DNA of 64,000 nt from an uncultured Chloroflexia bacterium (GCA_963743815.1 CAVURB010000002.1:76014-140013), one strand, 5' to 3'. Positions 42,677 to 53,614 are shown, counted from the first letter of the stretch. Program-made: numbers and translations. The notes: generated by a model not told the origin, from the letters alone.

Positions 42677-43801
42677 TCAGGTCTCTCGAGTGCGTGGGTC
42701 GGGTTGATCGGCGAGTTCGATGAATCGGCGGGCGGCGTCGCTCGCCTCGTCGGACAGGGGCGCGGGCAGGATCACGCGTGCGCGGGCATACAGGTCCCCG
42801 TGGCCGGTGGCGCGGAACCGGGGCATGCCCCGGCCCGTGAGCCGGAACACGCGCCCCGACTGCGTACCTGCCGGGATCTTCAGGAGGACGGTCCCCTTCG
42901 GGCTCCGGACCGGCACCTCCGCCCCCAGGAGCGCCTCGCCAAGGGTGAGTGGCAGCTCGCGTTCGAGGTCGGCGCCCCGCCGGGTGAAGACCGGATCGGG
43001 CAGTTGTCGGACCACGACATGGATGTCTCCGCCACCGGGCGCCTTGCCGGTCAGGCGGATGCGCGACCCGGTGTCCGCTCCCTTGGGGATCGTGACCTCG
43101 AGGCGCTTGCCGTCCACCTCGATGCGGCGGGTGGTCCCGTTGAAGGCCTCGTCGAGGGTGATCTCGGCGACGGCCTCGGCGGCCGCGGGCCGGGATGCTT
43201 GCCGCGCGGTGGCGCGGGTCGCGGATCGTGTCGCCGTCGCCGTGCCGGCCCGCGTGCCACCGGCCGGTCCTGCGCCCGAGGTGTCAAGGCCCATCCCGGC
43301 AAGGATGTCCTCGAACGTGGGTCCGCCGGTCGCACGGCGGCCGCGCCCGGGACCCGAACCCTCGGCGGTCGGCTGCGAGGCACCGGCGAAGAACGCATTG
43401 AAGAAGTCGCTGAACTCGCCAGCATCGCCGGTCGAGTGGAACTCGTAGCGAACGCCGCCGGGTGCTGCGCCGTACCCGGTGAAACCGGCGAATGGGCCGC
43501 CCGCACCACCCCCGCTGCCGCCCGACCCGGGCCGGGCCCCCGCGCCGGCTCCGGCCGTGGCACCCGCGCGCGCATACGCCTCCCAGTCCGAACCCAGGCG
43601 GTCGTAGAGCGATCGCTTCTCGGGATCGGAGAGGACGGCGTTGGCCTCGTTGATCTCCTTGAACCGTCGCTCAGCCGCCGTATCGCCAGGCTTGGCATCC
43701 GGATGATGCTGGCGCGCGAGCTTGCGGAACGCCTTCTTGATCTCCGATTGCGTGGCCGTCCGCGGCACTCCGAGGACGGCGTAGTAATCCTGGAAATCCA
43801 T
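42677..43801 (-). CDS. dnaJ: Class B J-domain protein (CbpA-like, no Zn finger)
   Basis: [14 protein letters not shown]-rich linker, DnaJ C-terminal domain. Confidence 0.9.
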   Translation of the reverse strand: MDFQDYYAVLGVPRTATQSEIKKAFRKLARQHHPDAKPGDTAAERRFKEINEANAVLSDPEKRSLYDRLGSDWEAYARAGATAGAGAGARPGSGGSGGGAGGPFAGFTGYGAAPGGVRYEFHSTGDAGEFSDFFNAFFAGASQPTAEGSGPGRGRRATGGPTFEDILAGMGLDTSGAGPAGGTRAGTATATRSATRATARQASRPAAAEAVAEITLDEAFNGTTRRIEVDGKRLEVTIPKGADTGSRIRLTGKAPGGGDIHVVVRQLPDPVFTRRGADLERELPLTLGEALLGAEVPVRSPKGTVLLKIPAGTQSGRVFRLTGRGMPRFRATGHGDLYARARVILPAPLSDEASDAARRFIELADQPDPRTRET

Positions 43802-43818
43802 GGGCGCTACCGCGAGCC

Positions 43819-46311
43819 TTACTCGCCTTGAACGACGACCGGGGGTTGATCGGTCGGGGGAAAGTCCGATCGGCGGACGCGGGGCGTCGGCGCCGGGTCG
43901 ATGTCCTCATCACGCTTGATGACCTTGGGCGGCTCGGGTGCGAGCGCCTTCGGCTTGCGCCGGAGGGCTGCCTCGAGCACCTGGTCCATCGAATCGACGA
44001 GGACGAGCTTGATCGACTTGCGGATCTCCTCGGGGATGTCCCGCAGGTCCTTCTCGTTCTTGCGCGGCAGGATCACCATCTTCGCGCCCGAGAGGTGCGC
44101 GGCGAGGATCTTGCTCTTGAGGCCGCCGATCGGGAGGACCCGACCACGCAGCGTGATCTCGCCGGTCATCGCGACGTCCTTGCGGACGGGGATGCCGGTG
44201 AGGGCGCTGACGATCGCCAGGGCCATGGTGATCCCGGCTGACGGTCCGTCCTTGGGGATGGCCCCGGCCGGGACGTGGATGTGCAGGGTGTTCTTCTCGA
44301 AGACCTCGCGGTCGATGCCGAGCGCGCGCGCATTCGCGCGCGTCCACGACAGGCCGGCGCGAGCGCTCTCGCGCATGACCTCGCCCAGCTGACCCGTGAG
44401 GATGAAGTCCTCGCGGCCCTCCATGCGGGTCACCTCGATCGCGACGACGTCGCCCCCGACCTCGGTCACCACGAGTCCCGTGGCCGAACCGATCTGGTCT
44501 TCGGGCTCCAGCTCGCCGTACTCGAACCGCTGCGGCCCGAGGAACTCGGCGAGTTTCTTCGGATCGACGATGGTCTTGCGCTTGCGGCCCTCGGCGACCT
44601 GCCGGGCGACCTTGCGCATCACGTTGGCGAGCTCGCGCTCGAGGTTGCGGACACCAGCCTCATGCGTGTACGAGCGCACGAGCTCGGTCATGGCCGCGTC
44701 CGTGATCTCGATGTGCTTGTCCTTGAGCCCGTGGTTCTGCTTCTGCTTGGGGATCAGGAACCGCTTGCCGATCTCGATCTTCTCCATCTCCGTGTAGCCG
44801 GGAAGATGGACGATCTCCATCCGGTCGCGGAGCGCCGGCGGGATCGGATCCAGCAGGTTGGCCGTCGCGACGAACAGGACCTTGCTGAGATCGAACGGCA
44901 CCTCGAGATAGTTGTCCTGGAAGGTGTTGTTCTGCTCCGGGTCCAGGACTTCGAGCAGCGCCGAGCTGGGATCGCCGCGGAAGTCCATCCCGATCTTGTC
45001 GACCTCGTCGAGCATGAACACCGGGTTGTTGGAACCCGCGGTCTTGATGCTCTGGACGATCCGACCCGGCAGCGCGCCGATATAGGTCCGGCGATGTCCG
45101 CGGATCTCGGCCTCGTCGTGGATGCCACCGAGGCTCATCCGGACGAACTTGCGGCCCATCGCCCGGGCGATGCTCTTGCCCAGGCTCGTCTTGCCCACGC
45201 CGGGCGGGCCGACGAAGGCGAGGATCGGACTGCGGATCTCGTCGGCGAGGGTACGCACCGCGAGGTACTCGAGGATCCGTTCCTTGATCTTCTCCAGGCC
45301 GTAGTGATCCTCGTCGAGGATGCGGGCGGCCTCCTTGATGTCGAGCTGGTCGTCGGTCGAGGTGTTCCACGGCAGCCCGATCAGCCAATCGACATAGGTG
45401 CGGATGACGCCGACCTCAGGCGAGGCGGACGGGATCCGGCTCATGCGATCGACTTCCTTGATCGCTCGCGCCTTGATCTCGTCCGGCATGCCGGCGGCTT
45501 CGATCTTGTCGCGGAGTTCGTTGATCTCGGCCTGTTGCGGGTCGTCCTCGCCGAGCTCACGCTGGATGGCCTTCAGCTGCTCCCGGAGGATGTACTCGCG
45601 CTGGGTCTTGTCCATCTCGGACTTGACTTCGGACTGGATCTTGCCCTTCAGCTCGAGGATCTCGACCTGGTGGGCGAGGAAGTCCGTGACCAGCTTGAGA
45701 CGCTCCGCGACGTCGATGGTCTCGAGGAGTTCCTGGCGCTGTTCGGTGGACATGTCCGGGCTGTACGCGACCATGTCGGCCAGCAGGCCGGGCTCGGTGA
45801 TGTTGCGCGCGGCGACGGCGGCCTCGGGCGGGACCGGGGCGCCATTGGCGACGTACTGCTCGATCTGCGCCTGGACGGTGCGCATCAGCGCCTGGATCTC
45901 GAGGCCATCCGGGGTCTGGTCCGGCAGCTCCTCGATCTCCGCCCGGAGATAGGGGCTCGTCTGGGTGAAGCGGTGGAGCCGCAAGCGGGACTGGCCCTGG
46001 ACGATCGCCCGGACGGTGCCGTCCTGGAGCTGCACGACCTGGGCGATCTTGGCGAGCGTGCCGACCGTGTACAGCTCGGAGGGATCGTCGATGTCCTCCT
46101 GCTCGGCCTGGCGCTGGGTGACGAGCGCGATGGGTCCGCCTTCGGCGACCGCGGCATTGAGCGCGTTGACGCTCTTCTCGCGGCCCACCTGGAGCGGGAC
46201 GATCATCTCCGGGAAGATGACCGTCTCCCGGAGTGCGACGAGGGGCAGGTCGCGCCGACCTTCGATCATGGCGGGCTGCTCCTCGACCGGGGTGGACGGT
46301 CGCTTGGCCAT
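43819..46311 (-). CDS. lon: ATP-dependent protease La
   Basis: [48 protein letters not shown]. Confidence 0.97.
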   Translation of the reverse strand: MAKRPSTPVEEQPAMIEGRRDLPLVALRETVIFPEMIVPLQVGREKSVNALNAAVAEGGPIALVTQRQAEQEDIDDPSELYTVGTLAKIAQVVQLQDGTVRAIVQGQSRLRLHRFTQTSPYLRAEIEELPDQTPDGLEIQALMRTVQAQIEQYVANGAPVPPEAAVAARNITEPGLLADMVAYSPDMSTEQRQELLETIDVAERLKLVTDFLAHQVEILELKGKIQSEVKSEMDKTQREYILREQLKAIQRELGEDDPQQAEINELRDKIEAAGMPDEIKARAIKEVDRMSRIPSASPEVGVIRTYVDWLIGLPWNTSTDDQLDIKEAARILDEDHYGLEKIKERILEYLAVRTLADEIRSPILAFVGPPGVGKTSLGKSIARAMGRKFVRMSLGGIHDEAEIRGHRRTYIGALPGRIVQSIKTAGSNNPVFMLDEVDKIGMDFRGDPSSALLEVLDPEQNNTFQDNYLEVPFDLSKVLFVATANLLDPIPPALRDRMEIVHLPGYTEMEKIEIGKRFLIPKQKQNHGLKDKHIEITDAAMTELVRSYTHEAGVRNLERELANVMRKVARQVAEGRKRKTIVDPKKLAEFLGPQRFEYGELEPEDQIGSATGLVVTEVGGDVVAIEVTRMEGREDFILTGQLGEVMRESARAGLSWTRANARALGIDREVFEKNTLHIHVPAGAIPKDGPSAGITMALAIVSALTGIPVRKDVAMTGEITLRGRVLPIGGLKSKILAAHLSGAKMVILPRKNEKDLRDIPEEIRKSIKLVLVDSMDQVLEAALRRKPKALAPEPPKVIKRDEDIDPAPTPRVRRSDFPPTDQPPVVVQGE

Positions 46312-46387
46312 CAGGGGTTCTCCTGTCGTTGGGTGTCGATGTCGGCGGGGCGGGGCCCCGCCGACGGGTGGATCGGCGGTCGGTCGG

Positions 46388-46786
46388 TCAACGGTCGGCC
46401 GTCGATCGATCGCGGGGTTCGGGGGACGCGGCGCTGGCGGCCGGAGCCGGTGTCGGATCGGACCGGCGGGTCGCCTCCGCGTCGCCCGTCCCTTCGGCGT
46501 AGAGTGCCTCGAGGATGCGAGCGCCGAGGCGCTCCTCCAGTTCGAACAGGATCCGGATCCCGGCGAGGTTGACGCCTCGTTCCCGGGTCAGGTGACGGAT
46601 CCACATGATCCGCCGGATGTCGTTCTCGCTATAGAGTCGGATGTTGGTGGGCGTCCGCGCCGGGCAGAGCAACCCCTCGTCCTCGTAGATCCGCAGGGTT
46701 CGCGGATGCGCGCTGACGATGCTCGCCGCCACGCTGATGACGTAGACGGGTCGCTCGGGGTCTCGTTCCGGACGGGGGGATGCCAC
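46388..46786 (-). CDS. hspR: HspR-like MerR-family heat-shock repressor
   Basis: PVYVISVAASIVSAHPRTLRIYEDEGLLCPART...RLYSENDI...GVNLAGI, located inside a chaperone operon. Confidence 0.85.
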   Translation of the reverse strand: MASPRPERDPERPVYVISVAASIVSAHPRTLRIYEDEGLLCPARTPTNIRLYSENDIRRIMWIRHLTRERGVNLAGIRILFELEERLGARILEALYAEGTGDAEATRRSDPTPAPAASAASPEPRDRSTADR

Positions 46787-46790
46787 TGGG

Positions 46791-47315
46791 TCAGGCCTCG
46801 CGCTCGACGGCGGTGTCCGGCGCGCCGTCGGTATCGGCCGGCGTGCCGTTCGTGGACTGGCCATCGATCGTCGGGCTGATGCGGATCTGACGCGGCTTGA
46901 CGGCCTCCGAGCGCGGGATGCGCAGGTGAAGGACCCCGTGCTCGAACGTGGCCGACGCCTTGTCCGGCTCCAGGCCGGAGGGAAGCGCGACGGCGCGACT
47001 GAACGAGCCGCGACGGATCTCGTTGATGAGGATCTCGCCCTCGCTGGCCTCCCGCTCGGAGCGGGTCTCCGCCCGGATCGTCAGGGTCCCGTCCTCGACG
47101 GTGATCTCGACGTCCTCCGGGGCGATCCCGGGGAGCGCCGCGTCCACGACCAGGGCGTCACCGGAACTGGTGATGTCGAGCGGAAGGACCGCGGGGCTCT
47201 CGCTGGTCAGGCCGAACGAGCGCGGTCGGACGAAACTGTCCTCGAAAAGCCGGTCCATCGCCGCTCGAAGCGAGACGAGCTCGCCCAGAGGCGAGGGACG
47301 GCGCACGATCGTCAT
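46791..47315 (-). CDS. Hsp20/alpha-crystallin small heat-shock protein
   Basis: MDRLFEDSF, ALPGIAPEDVEIT, GSFSRAVALP, ATFEHGVLHLRIP. GGAGG RBS. Confidence 0.93.
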   Translation of the reverse strand: MTIVRRPSPLGELVSLRAAMDRLFEDSFVRPRSFGLTSESPAVLPLDITSSGDALVVDAALPGIAPEDVEITVEDGTLTIRAETRSEREASEGEILINEIRRGSFSRAVALPSGLEPDKASATFEHGVLHLRIPRSEAVKPRQIRISPTIDGQSTNGTPADTDGAPDTAVEREA

Positions 47316-47382
47316 GTCATGCACCTCCTGTGCTGGGGTGTGTCGGGGAGTCCCGTGACTCCCGGATTCCGGACACAGGAGG

Positions 47383-47413
47383 ATGCTAAAACGTTGACAA
47401 TGGCGTTGTCAAG
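47383..47413 (-). promoter_or_regulatory. Heat-shock operon promoter with an overlapping HAIR-like palindrome
   Basis: TTGACA (47412-47407), 18 bp, TAGCAT (47388-47383). Palindrome TTGACAA-N5-TTGTCAA at 47394-47412. Confidence 0.7.
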
Positions 47414-47783
47414 AGTGTTGCGCGAATGCGCCATCGAGATTCGGCAGGAGCGCGAATCGGCCGGAGCCGTCCGGCCGCGCTCGCGCCAAGATTCCCACCT
47501 AGTCGCCTGGCGAATCCTGTGGACGTCGAATCCCTGGAGAGCGTCCCGCCGAGTCCCACTCGACTGCTGCGGAAGCAGCTGCGTCGATCCGTGCCCTATC
47601 TGGAGCGAATGACGCGCACCGTAGTCACCGGAGCACCAGGCGGGACGCTGGGAGCCATCGGCTGCCCCTGGTCGGCGCCCGCGCCCCGCCGCGTCGCCCT
47701 GCCAGGACTGCGAAGCCGCTGAACCAAGCGCTCGCCGCGCACGATCTGGTCGTCGCCTCGCCAGGTCCCGCGGCCGCAGGACC

Positions 47784-48464
47784 TCAGCCGGCGGCCGTTG
47801 CCTCCGGGTCGCCGATCAACTGCGCGTGGAGCATGTCCTCGCACTCCTGTCGTCCGATCGCGATGACCTTGTCGCCCTCTCGAAGGACGCTGTCCGGCCG
47901 CAGCGGCATGGCCTGCCCGTCCCGGATGACCGCGAAGAGCGAGCAGCCCTCGGGCATGTCCAGGTCGCGTGGGGCGCGTCCGATGGCTGGCGACCCCGCC
48001 TGCAGATGCGCCTCGATGATCTCGAGCTCACCCTCGCCGAGCGCCGCCAGGTGGAGCAGCTCGTGGACCGGGATGTCCTGCTCGATGGAGCCCAGGATCA
48101 TCCGCGTCGGGCTGACCAGTTCATCGACGCCGAGGTGTCGGAACAGGACTTCGTTCTTCGGGTTGTTGACCCGGGCGATGGTCCGCGGGACGTCGAAGTG
48201 ATGCTTCGCCATCTGGCAGATCACCAGGTTGTCCTCGTCATCGCCGGTCACGGCCGCCACCACGTCGGCGCGATTGCAGCCGGCCTCGCCCAGGTACTTG
48301 CCTTCGCACCCGTCGTGAGGGATGACGATCGATCCGATCTCGTCGGCGATCTGCCGCGCCCTGGTCGCGTCCTTCTCCATCAGGGCGACCTCGTGTCCGG
48401 AGTCGACCAGCTCCTTCGAGAGGTAGTACCCGACCTTGCCGCCACCCACCACCAGCACGAACAT
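47784..48464 (-). CDS. trkA: TrkA/KtrA-family K+ transport regulatory protein (RCK_N plus RCK_C)
   Basis: VVGGGKVG, AVTGDDEDNLV, RTIARVNNPKN, C-terminal TrkA_C domain. Confidence 0.9.
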   Translation of the reverse strand: MFVLVVGGGKVGYYLSKELVDSGHEVALMEKDATRARQIADEIGSIVIPHDGCEGKYLGEAGCNRADVVAAVTGDDEDNLVICQMAKHHFDVPRTIARVNNPKNEVLFRHLGVDELVSPTRMILGSIEQDIPVHELLHLAALGEGELEIIEAHLQAGSPAIGRAPRDLDMPEGCSLFAVIRDGQAMPLRPDSVLREGDKVIAIGRQECEDMLHAQLIGDPEATAAG

Positions 48465-48466
48465 CG

Positions 48467-48994
48467 TCAGGCCTCCACGACGGCGCCGGGCGCCGTCACG
48501 TTACTGGACCGGTCATCGAGACCACGGTCATGGTGGTGCTCGCCACCGGGATGGTGATGCCCCTGCGACGGCTGCATGCCGGTGAGCCCGGACGGCGGGA
48601 AGCCGATATGCGCATTGAGGGCATCGACCATCAGTCCGGTCCGACACAGCGTCGAGATACCGATCTCGGCGTAGGCGGTCGCGCGGAGCGGGTCGTTGAT
48701 CTTCGCGATGACGTTCTCGACCCCCAGCGCCTCGGCAGCCACCTGGGTCGCCATGATGTTGCGATTGTCACCCTCGGTGAGGGCCAGGAACACGTCCGCA
48801 CCCTCCACACCGGCGCGACGCAGGACGTCCTCGTCCGTACCGTCGCCGCGGATCGCGGTACCCCCGAACGTCGAGGGCAGCCGCTCGAAGGCGCGGGTCA
48901 CGATGTCCAGGATGACGACCTCATGGCCGGCCCCGTCCCAGAGCTCTGCGGCGGACGCGCCCACGCGGCCGCACCCGACGATCACGATCTTCAC
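48467..48994 (-). CDS. TrkA N-terminal (RCK_N only) protein with a His-rich tail
   Basis: IVIVGCGRVG, GDGTDEDVL, TEGDNRNI, AKINDP; tail GHHHPGGEHHHD. Confidence 0.88.
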   Translation of the reverse strand: MKIVIVGCGRVGASAAELWDGAGHEVVILDIVTRAFERLPSTFGGTAIRGDGTDEDVLRRAGVEGADVFLALTEGDNRNIMATQVAAEALGVENVIAKINDPLRATAYAEIGISTLCRTGLMVDALNAHIGFPPSGLTGMQPSQGHHHPGGEHHHDRGLDDRSSNVTAPGAVVEA

Positions 48995-49449
48995 GATGCT
49001 TCCTCGCTCATCGGCTCGCGCACGACCCAGACCATGCACGGCGCGTTCTGCAGGATGTAGGGGATGGTGCGGCCGATGGCGAACTCGCCCCCGAACCGCT
49101 TCCGATAGGGCAGGCCCACGACGAGCAGGTCGGCGTCCCGCTCCGTCGCTTCGTCGACGATCGCCGCGCCGACGTCGCGCGCCTGGAGCAGCACGGGCTC
49201 CATGTGCTGCTTGTGGCTCTCGGCGATCCCCTCGGCGACGTCAAGGACGCGCTGGACCTCCTCGGAGCGTCCGGCGATATCCGCATCGAGCGGGAGGGTC
49301 CAGTCGATCTCGACCACGTGGACGGCGATCAACTCCGCCTTGGTCCGGGCGGCCTGCGCCGCGACGAGCGCCACGATCCGGGCGTCGCTCGGGCCGCCGT
49401 TGAGGGCGACGACGGCTCGTCGAAAGACGGGCGATTCGGTGTCGGACAT
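48991..49449 (-). CDS. Universal stress protein
   Basis: AVVALNG, AVHVVE, AIVDEATERDADLLVVG, YILQNAPCMVWVVR. Confidence 0.9.
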   Translation of the reverse strand: MSDTESPVFRRAVVALNGGPSDARIVALVAAQAARTKAELIAVHVVEIDWTLPLDADIAGRSEEVQRVLDVAEGIAESHKQHMEPVLLQARDVGAAIVDEATERDADLLVVGLPYRKRFGGEFAIGRTIPYILQNAPCMVWVVREPMSEEAS

Positions 49450-49478
49450 GGGACGTCACGATACCACCGCGAGGGCGC

Positions 49479-51527
49479 TCAGTCGGGCGTCCGCTCCGGG
49501 CCGATCCCGCTACCGAACAGATCGGGATCCTCGCGCCGATAGGGGACGGCCACGACGACGGTCTGCGGACGCCCGAGCAGCACCGTGCGCAGGCGTTTCG
49601 CGGCCTGGTTGTAGAGGATCCGTTCCCACCAGCTGCGGGCGACGTACTCGGGGATGACCACGAACGTGATGGGCGATTCGCGATCGGGCGGCCATGCTGC
49701 ATCCAGCACGTCCAGGTAGGCGAGCAGCGGCCCGACGAGCGCCCGGTATGGCGACTCCACGACGACCAACGGCACGCCCGGCACCTGGCGCTCGAACGTC
49801 TCGCGCACGCGCAGCGCTGCCTCGGGATCGTCCGAGATGTAGACGGCCCGCACGTCGTCGCTGATGGAGCGTCCCACGTTGATCGCCTGGATGACGGCGC
49901 GCGTGAGTCCCGGGATCGGGACGACGACGCGCTCCTCGCGATGTGGCGGTGGCACGACGAGGTCCGGCCGGACGGCGAGCTCGATCGCGGAGCGGCCGTA
50001 CTGACGATGGATGAACCACATCATCCCGACGAGGAGCGGAACAAGGATCACGACGAGGTAGGCGCCGTCGGCGAACTTCTCGAACACGACGATGCCCAGG
50101 ACCACGCCGGTGAGCACCGCCCCGACGGCATTGATGGTGAGGCGCCAGTGCCACCCCGACTCGCGAGTCGTCAGCCAGTGTCGGACCATGCCGGTCTGGC
50201 TGAGCGTGAAGCACAGGAAGACGCCGACCGAGTAGAGCGGGATCAGCGCGTGCGTGTCGCCACCGAACGCCCACAGCAGGGCGAATGCGACCGCCGCGAG
50301 CAGGACGATCCCCCACGAGTACGCCAGGCGATCGCCGCGGAACGCGAACTGCCGTGGCATGTAGCCGTCCTCGGCGAGGATCGCGGCGAGGCGCGGGAAA
50401 GCGTTGAAGCTCGTGTTCGCGGCGAGGAACAGGATGAGGGCGGTGCTCGCCGCAAACGTGACGAACAGCACGGATCCCTCACCGAATGCGGTCTGGGCCG
50501 CGAGCGCGACGATGGACGGACCGCCCTCCTCGGTCGGTACCAGCCCGAACGCCACCGCGAAGACCGTCAGGCCCACGAAGAGGATGGCCAGGAGGATGGC
50601 CATCGCGGTCATCGTGTTGGCGGCGTTCTTCGATTCGGGAGGCTTGAACGCGGGCACGCCGTTGGCGATCGCTTCGACGCCAGTCAGCGCGACGGACCCG
50701 CCGGCGAACGCCTTGAGGATCAACAGGATCCCCAGCGTCTCGGTCCCGAACGGGACCGCGTCGGGGCGCGCCGGGACCGGCTCTGCCGTCCCGGTCGCGA
50801 TCCGGAACGCCCCGATCGCCACGATCGACAGCGCCAGTCCGACGAAGAGATACGTCGGGACCGCGAAGATGTTGCCCGACTCGCGAAGCCCTCGAAGGTT
50901 GGCGATCGTGATCAGCGAGATCGAGACCAGCGCGATCTGGATCCGGAAGTCATAGGCCGCCGGGATGACGGATTGGATCTGCGCGATCGCCGCCGCTGTC
51001 GACACCGCGACCGTCATCACGTAGTCGATGAGGAGGGCCGCCGCCGCGATGAGCCCGAAGATCGGGGCAAGGTTCGTTCGCGCGACGACATACGCCCCGC
51101 CGCCGTTCGGGTAGGAGCGGCAGACCTGCCGGTACGACAGCGACACGACCGCCAGGAGCACGGCGATGGCGATGGCGACTTCGATCGACACGAGGAGCGC
51201 CCCGGCTCCAGCGACGACGAGCACCCGGAGGATCTCTTCGGTGGCGTAGGCGGACGAGCTGATGGCGTCCGAGCTGAAGATCGCGAGGGCCTTGCGCTTC
51301 GAGAGGCGCTCGCCGATCTCCTCCTCGGTGGAGAGGGGGCGACCGAACACGACCCCCCGCACGCGAGCGAGGAACCGCGCCCCCGGCGTGAGCGGCACGT
51401 TCGCGGCCGGCTTGGCGATCAGCTGGCCCGGGCCCGCATATCGGAAGTACGGAGCGTGCGGGCGCTCCACGCGGACGCGTCGGTCACCCGCCTTCCGGCC
51501 CTTGAGCGGCCGACGGCCTCCGATCAA
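49479..51527 (-). CDS. KimA/YdaO-like APC-family K+ transporter, paralog 2
   Basis: FSSDAISSSAYATEE, YPNGGGAY, LTGVEAIANG, DTHALIPLY, ESPYR. TTG start inferred by alignment with paralog 1. Confidence 0.88.
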   Translation of the reverse strand: MIGGRRPLKGRKAGDRRVRVERPHAPYFRYAGPGQLIAKPAANVPLTPGARFLARVRGVVFGRPLSTEEEIGERLSKRKALAIFSSDAISSSAYATEEILRVLVVAGAGALLVSIEVAIAIAVLLAVVSLSYRQVCRSYPNGGGAYVVARTNLAPIFGLIAAAALLIDYVMTVAVSTAAAIAQIQSVIPAAYDFRIQIALVSISLITIANLRGLRESGNIFAVPTYLFVGLALSIVAIGAFRIATGTAEPVPARPDAVPFGTETLGILLILKAFAGGSVALTGVEAIANGVPAFKPPESKNAANTMTAMAILLAILFVGLTVFAVAFGLVPTEEGGPSIVALAAQTAFGEGSVLFVTFAASTALILFLAANTSFNAFPRLAAILAEDGYMPRQFAFRGDRLAYSWGIVLLAAVAFALLWAFGGDTHALIPLYSVGVFLCFTLSQTGMVRHWLTTRESGWHWRLTINAVGAVLTGVVLGIVVFEKFADGAYLVVILVPLLVGMMWFIHRQYGRSAIELAVRPDLVVPPPHREERVVVPIPGLTRAVIQAINVGRSISDDVRAVYISDDPEAALRVRETFERQVPGVPLVVVESPYRALVGPLLAYLDVLDAAWPPDRESPITFVVIPEYVARSWWERILYNQAAKRLRTVLLGRPQTVVVAVPYRREDPDLFGSGIGPERTPD

Positions 51528-51579
51528 CTCGACTCCGATCCGATCTGCATGGTGTAGACGCGCAACGCGACGCCAGGGA

Positions 51580-53595
51580 TCAGTGCTTCCGCCGGTAGGG
51601 CACGTCCGCGATGACGGTGTGGTCGCGACCCACGATGGCGGCCTTGAGGCGTTTGGCGGTCTGGTTATACAGCAACCGCTCCCACCAGTGTCGGGCGACG
51701 TACTCCGGCAGGACCACGACCGTGATCGGGACCGGCTTGTCCGGCGGCCAGGCCTGGTCGAGGACATCCAGGTAGGCGAGGACGGGTGAGATCACGGCCC
51801 GGAACGGCGACTCGACGATGACCAGGGGCACTCCCGGGATCTGGCGCTCCCATCGATGCCGAAGTGCCTCCGCGGCGTCGCCGTCCTCGGTCACGTAGAC
51901 CGCCCGGATGTCGCGGCTCATCGTGCGACCGAAGTTGACCGCCTGGATCACCGCGCGATTGATCCCGTTGACCGGCACGACGACGCGCTGCTCGCGGTGC
52001 GGCCCTTCCATCACGAGGTCCTCGCGGACATGCAGTTCGCGCGCCTGGGCTTCGTACTGGCGATGGATGAACAGCATGCCCGCCACGAGGACCGGGATGA
52101 GCATCAGGACGAGATACGCGCCATCGACGAACTTCACCGATGTCACGACCACGGCGACCACCGCGGTGGCGACGCAGCCGACCGCATTGATCGTCATGCG
52201 CCGCCGCCAGCCCGGCGATCGCTCGAGCCACCAATGGCGGACCATGCCGGCCTGGCTGATCGTGAAATCGATGAATACGCCGACGGCATACAGCGGGATG
52301 AGGGCATGCGTGTCGCCCCCGAAGATGACCACCAGCGAGGCGGCGATCAGGCCGAGGGCGACGATCCCCATGGAGAAGGCGAGCCGGTCGCCGCGAAACG
52401 AGAACTGGTGCGGGAAGAAGCCATCCTGGGCGAGCACGGCAGCCAGTCGCGGGAACGCCGCGAAGCAGGTGTTGGCCGCCAGGAAGAGCAGGAGCGCGGT
52501 GAACAGCTGGAAGAGGTAGAACCCCATGGAGTCGGCCCCGAACACCGTGGCCGACACCTGCGCGATGACGGTCTGCTTGACGGGTTCGTCGATCGGGACG
52601 ATGCCGAAACTGGTCGCCAGGAACGTGATCCCGACGAAGAGCACGGCGAGGATGACGGCCATCACCATGAGGGTCGTTCCGGCATTCCGGGGCTCCGGCG
52701 GCTTGAACGCGGGAACGCCGGTCGCGATGGCTTCGGTCCCGGTCAGGGCGACGGCGCCGGACGCGAACGCGCGCAGCAGGACCAGCGCCCCGACGGCCTG
52801 CGTGGTCTGGGTCGCGCTCTCGATCTGCTCGGGGCTGACCGTGCTCTCACCCAGGACGACGATCCGAAAGACCCCGATCGCGATCATCAACAACGCGCTT
52901 CCGAGGAAGAGGTAGGTCGGCACGGCGAAGATGTTCCCGGCCTCGCGCAGCCCGCGCAGGTTCCCGATCGTGATCAGCCCGATGGCCGTGACGCCGATCC
53001 CGACCGAGATGGGCGCCAGGGACGGGATGGCCGAGATGACCTGATCGACCGCCGACGAGGTCGACACGGCGACCGTCAGGTTGTAGTCGATCAGCAGCGC
53101 CGACGCCGCAACCAGCGACGGGAGCCGTCCGAAGTTGGCCTTGGATACGGAATACGATCCGCCGCCGTTCGGATACGCGATGCAGACCTGGCGGTACGAG
53201 AATGCGACGATCCCGAGCAGCAGGGCGATCGCGATCGAGATCGGAACGGCGAAGCTCAGGGTCGCGAGTGCGACGCCGGCGAGCAGCAAGGCTCGCAGGA
53301 TCTCCTCCGTGGCATATGCGGACGAGCTGATGGCATCCGAGCTGAAGATGGCCAGGGCCTTCTTCTTGGACAGCCGCTCCCCGAGCTCCTCCTCCGAGGC
53401 CAGTGGCCGACCCAGTACGACGCCGCGGATCCGCGCGACCAGCTTCGCGCCGGGCGTCGTCGGGATGCTCGCGGCCTCCTTGGCGGTCATCTGGCCGGGG
53501 CCGGTGTAGCGGAAGTACGGGGCATGGGGTCGTTCGACGCGCACGCGCCGATCGCCCGGTTTGCGACCCTTCAGCTCGCGTCGTCCGCCGATCAC
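51580..53595 (-). CDS. KimA/YdaO-like APC-family K+ transporter, paralog 1
   Basis: FSSDAISSSAYATEE, YPNGGGSY, LTGTEAIATG, DTHALIPLY, ESPFR, WWERLLYNQ. Confidence 0.88.
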   Translation of the reverse strand: MIGGRRELKGRKPGDRRVRVERPHAPYFRYTGPGQMTAKEAASIPTTPGAKLVARIRGVVLGRPLASEEELGERLSKKKALAIFSSDAISSSAYATEEILRALLLAGVALATLSFAVPISIAIALLLGIVAFSYRQVCIAYPNGGGSYSVSKANFGRLPSLVAASALLIDYNLTVAVSTSSAVDQVISAIPSLAPISVGIGVTAIGLITIGNLRGLREAGNIFAVPTYLFLGSALLMIAIGVFRIVVLGESTVSPEQIESATQTTQAVGALVLLRAFASGAVALTGTEAIATGVPAFKPPEPRNAGTTLMVMAVILAVLFVGITFLATSFGIVPIDEPVKQTVIAQVSATVFGADSMGFYLFQLFTALLLFLAANTCFAAFPRLAAVLAQDGFFPHQFSFRGDRLAFSMGIVALGLIAASLVVIFGGDTHALIPLYAVGVFIDFTISQAGMVRHWWLERSPGWRRRMTINAVGCVATAVVAVVVTSVKFVDGAYLVLMLIPVLVAGMLFIHRQYEAQARELHVREDLVMEGPHREQRVVVPVNGINRAVIQAVNFGRTMSRDIRAVYVTEDGDAAEALRHRWERQIPGVPLVIVESPFRAVISPVLAYLDVLDQAWPPDKPVPITVVVLPEYVARHWWERLLYNQTAKRLKAAIVGRDHTVIADVPYRRKH

Positions 53596-53614
53596 GCCTT
53601 CGGTCTCGCGGTGG

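Noticed and set aside
47420-47783. Gap of about 360 bp between trkA and the heat-shock promoter, with several GATTC/GAATC motifs and short ORFs
   Set aside because: No convincing coding signal, regular repeat or consistent fold.
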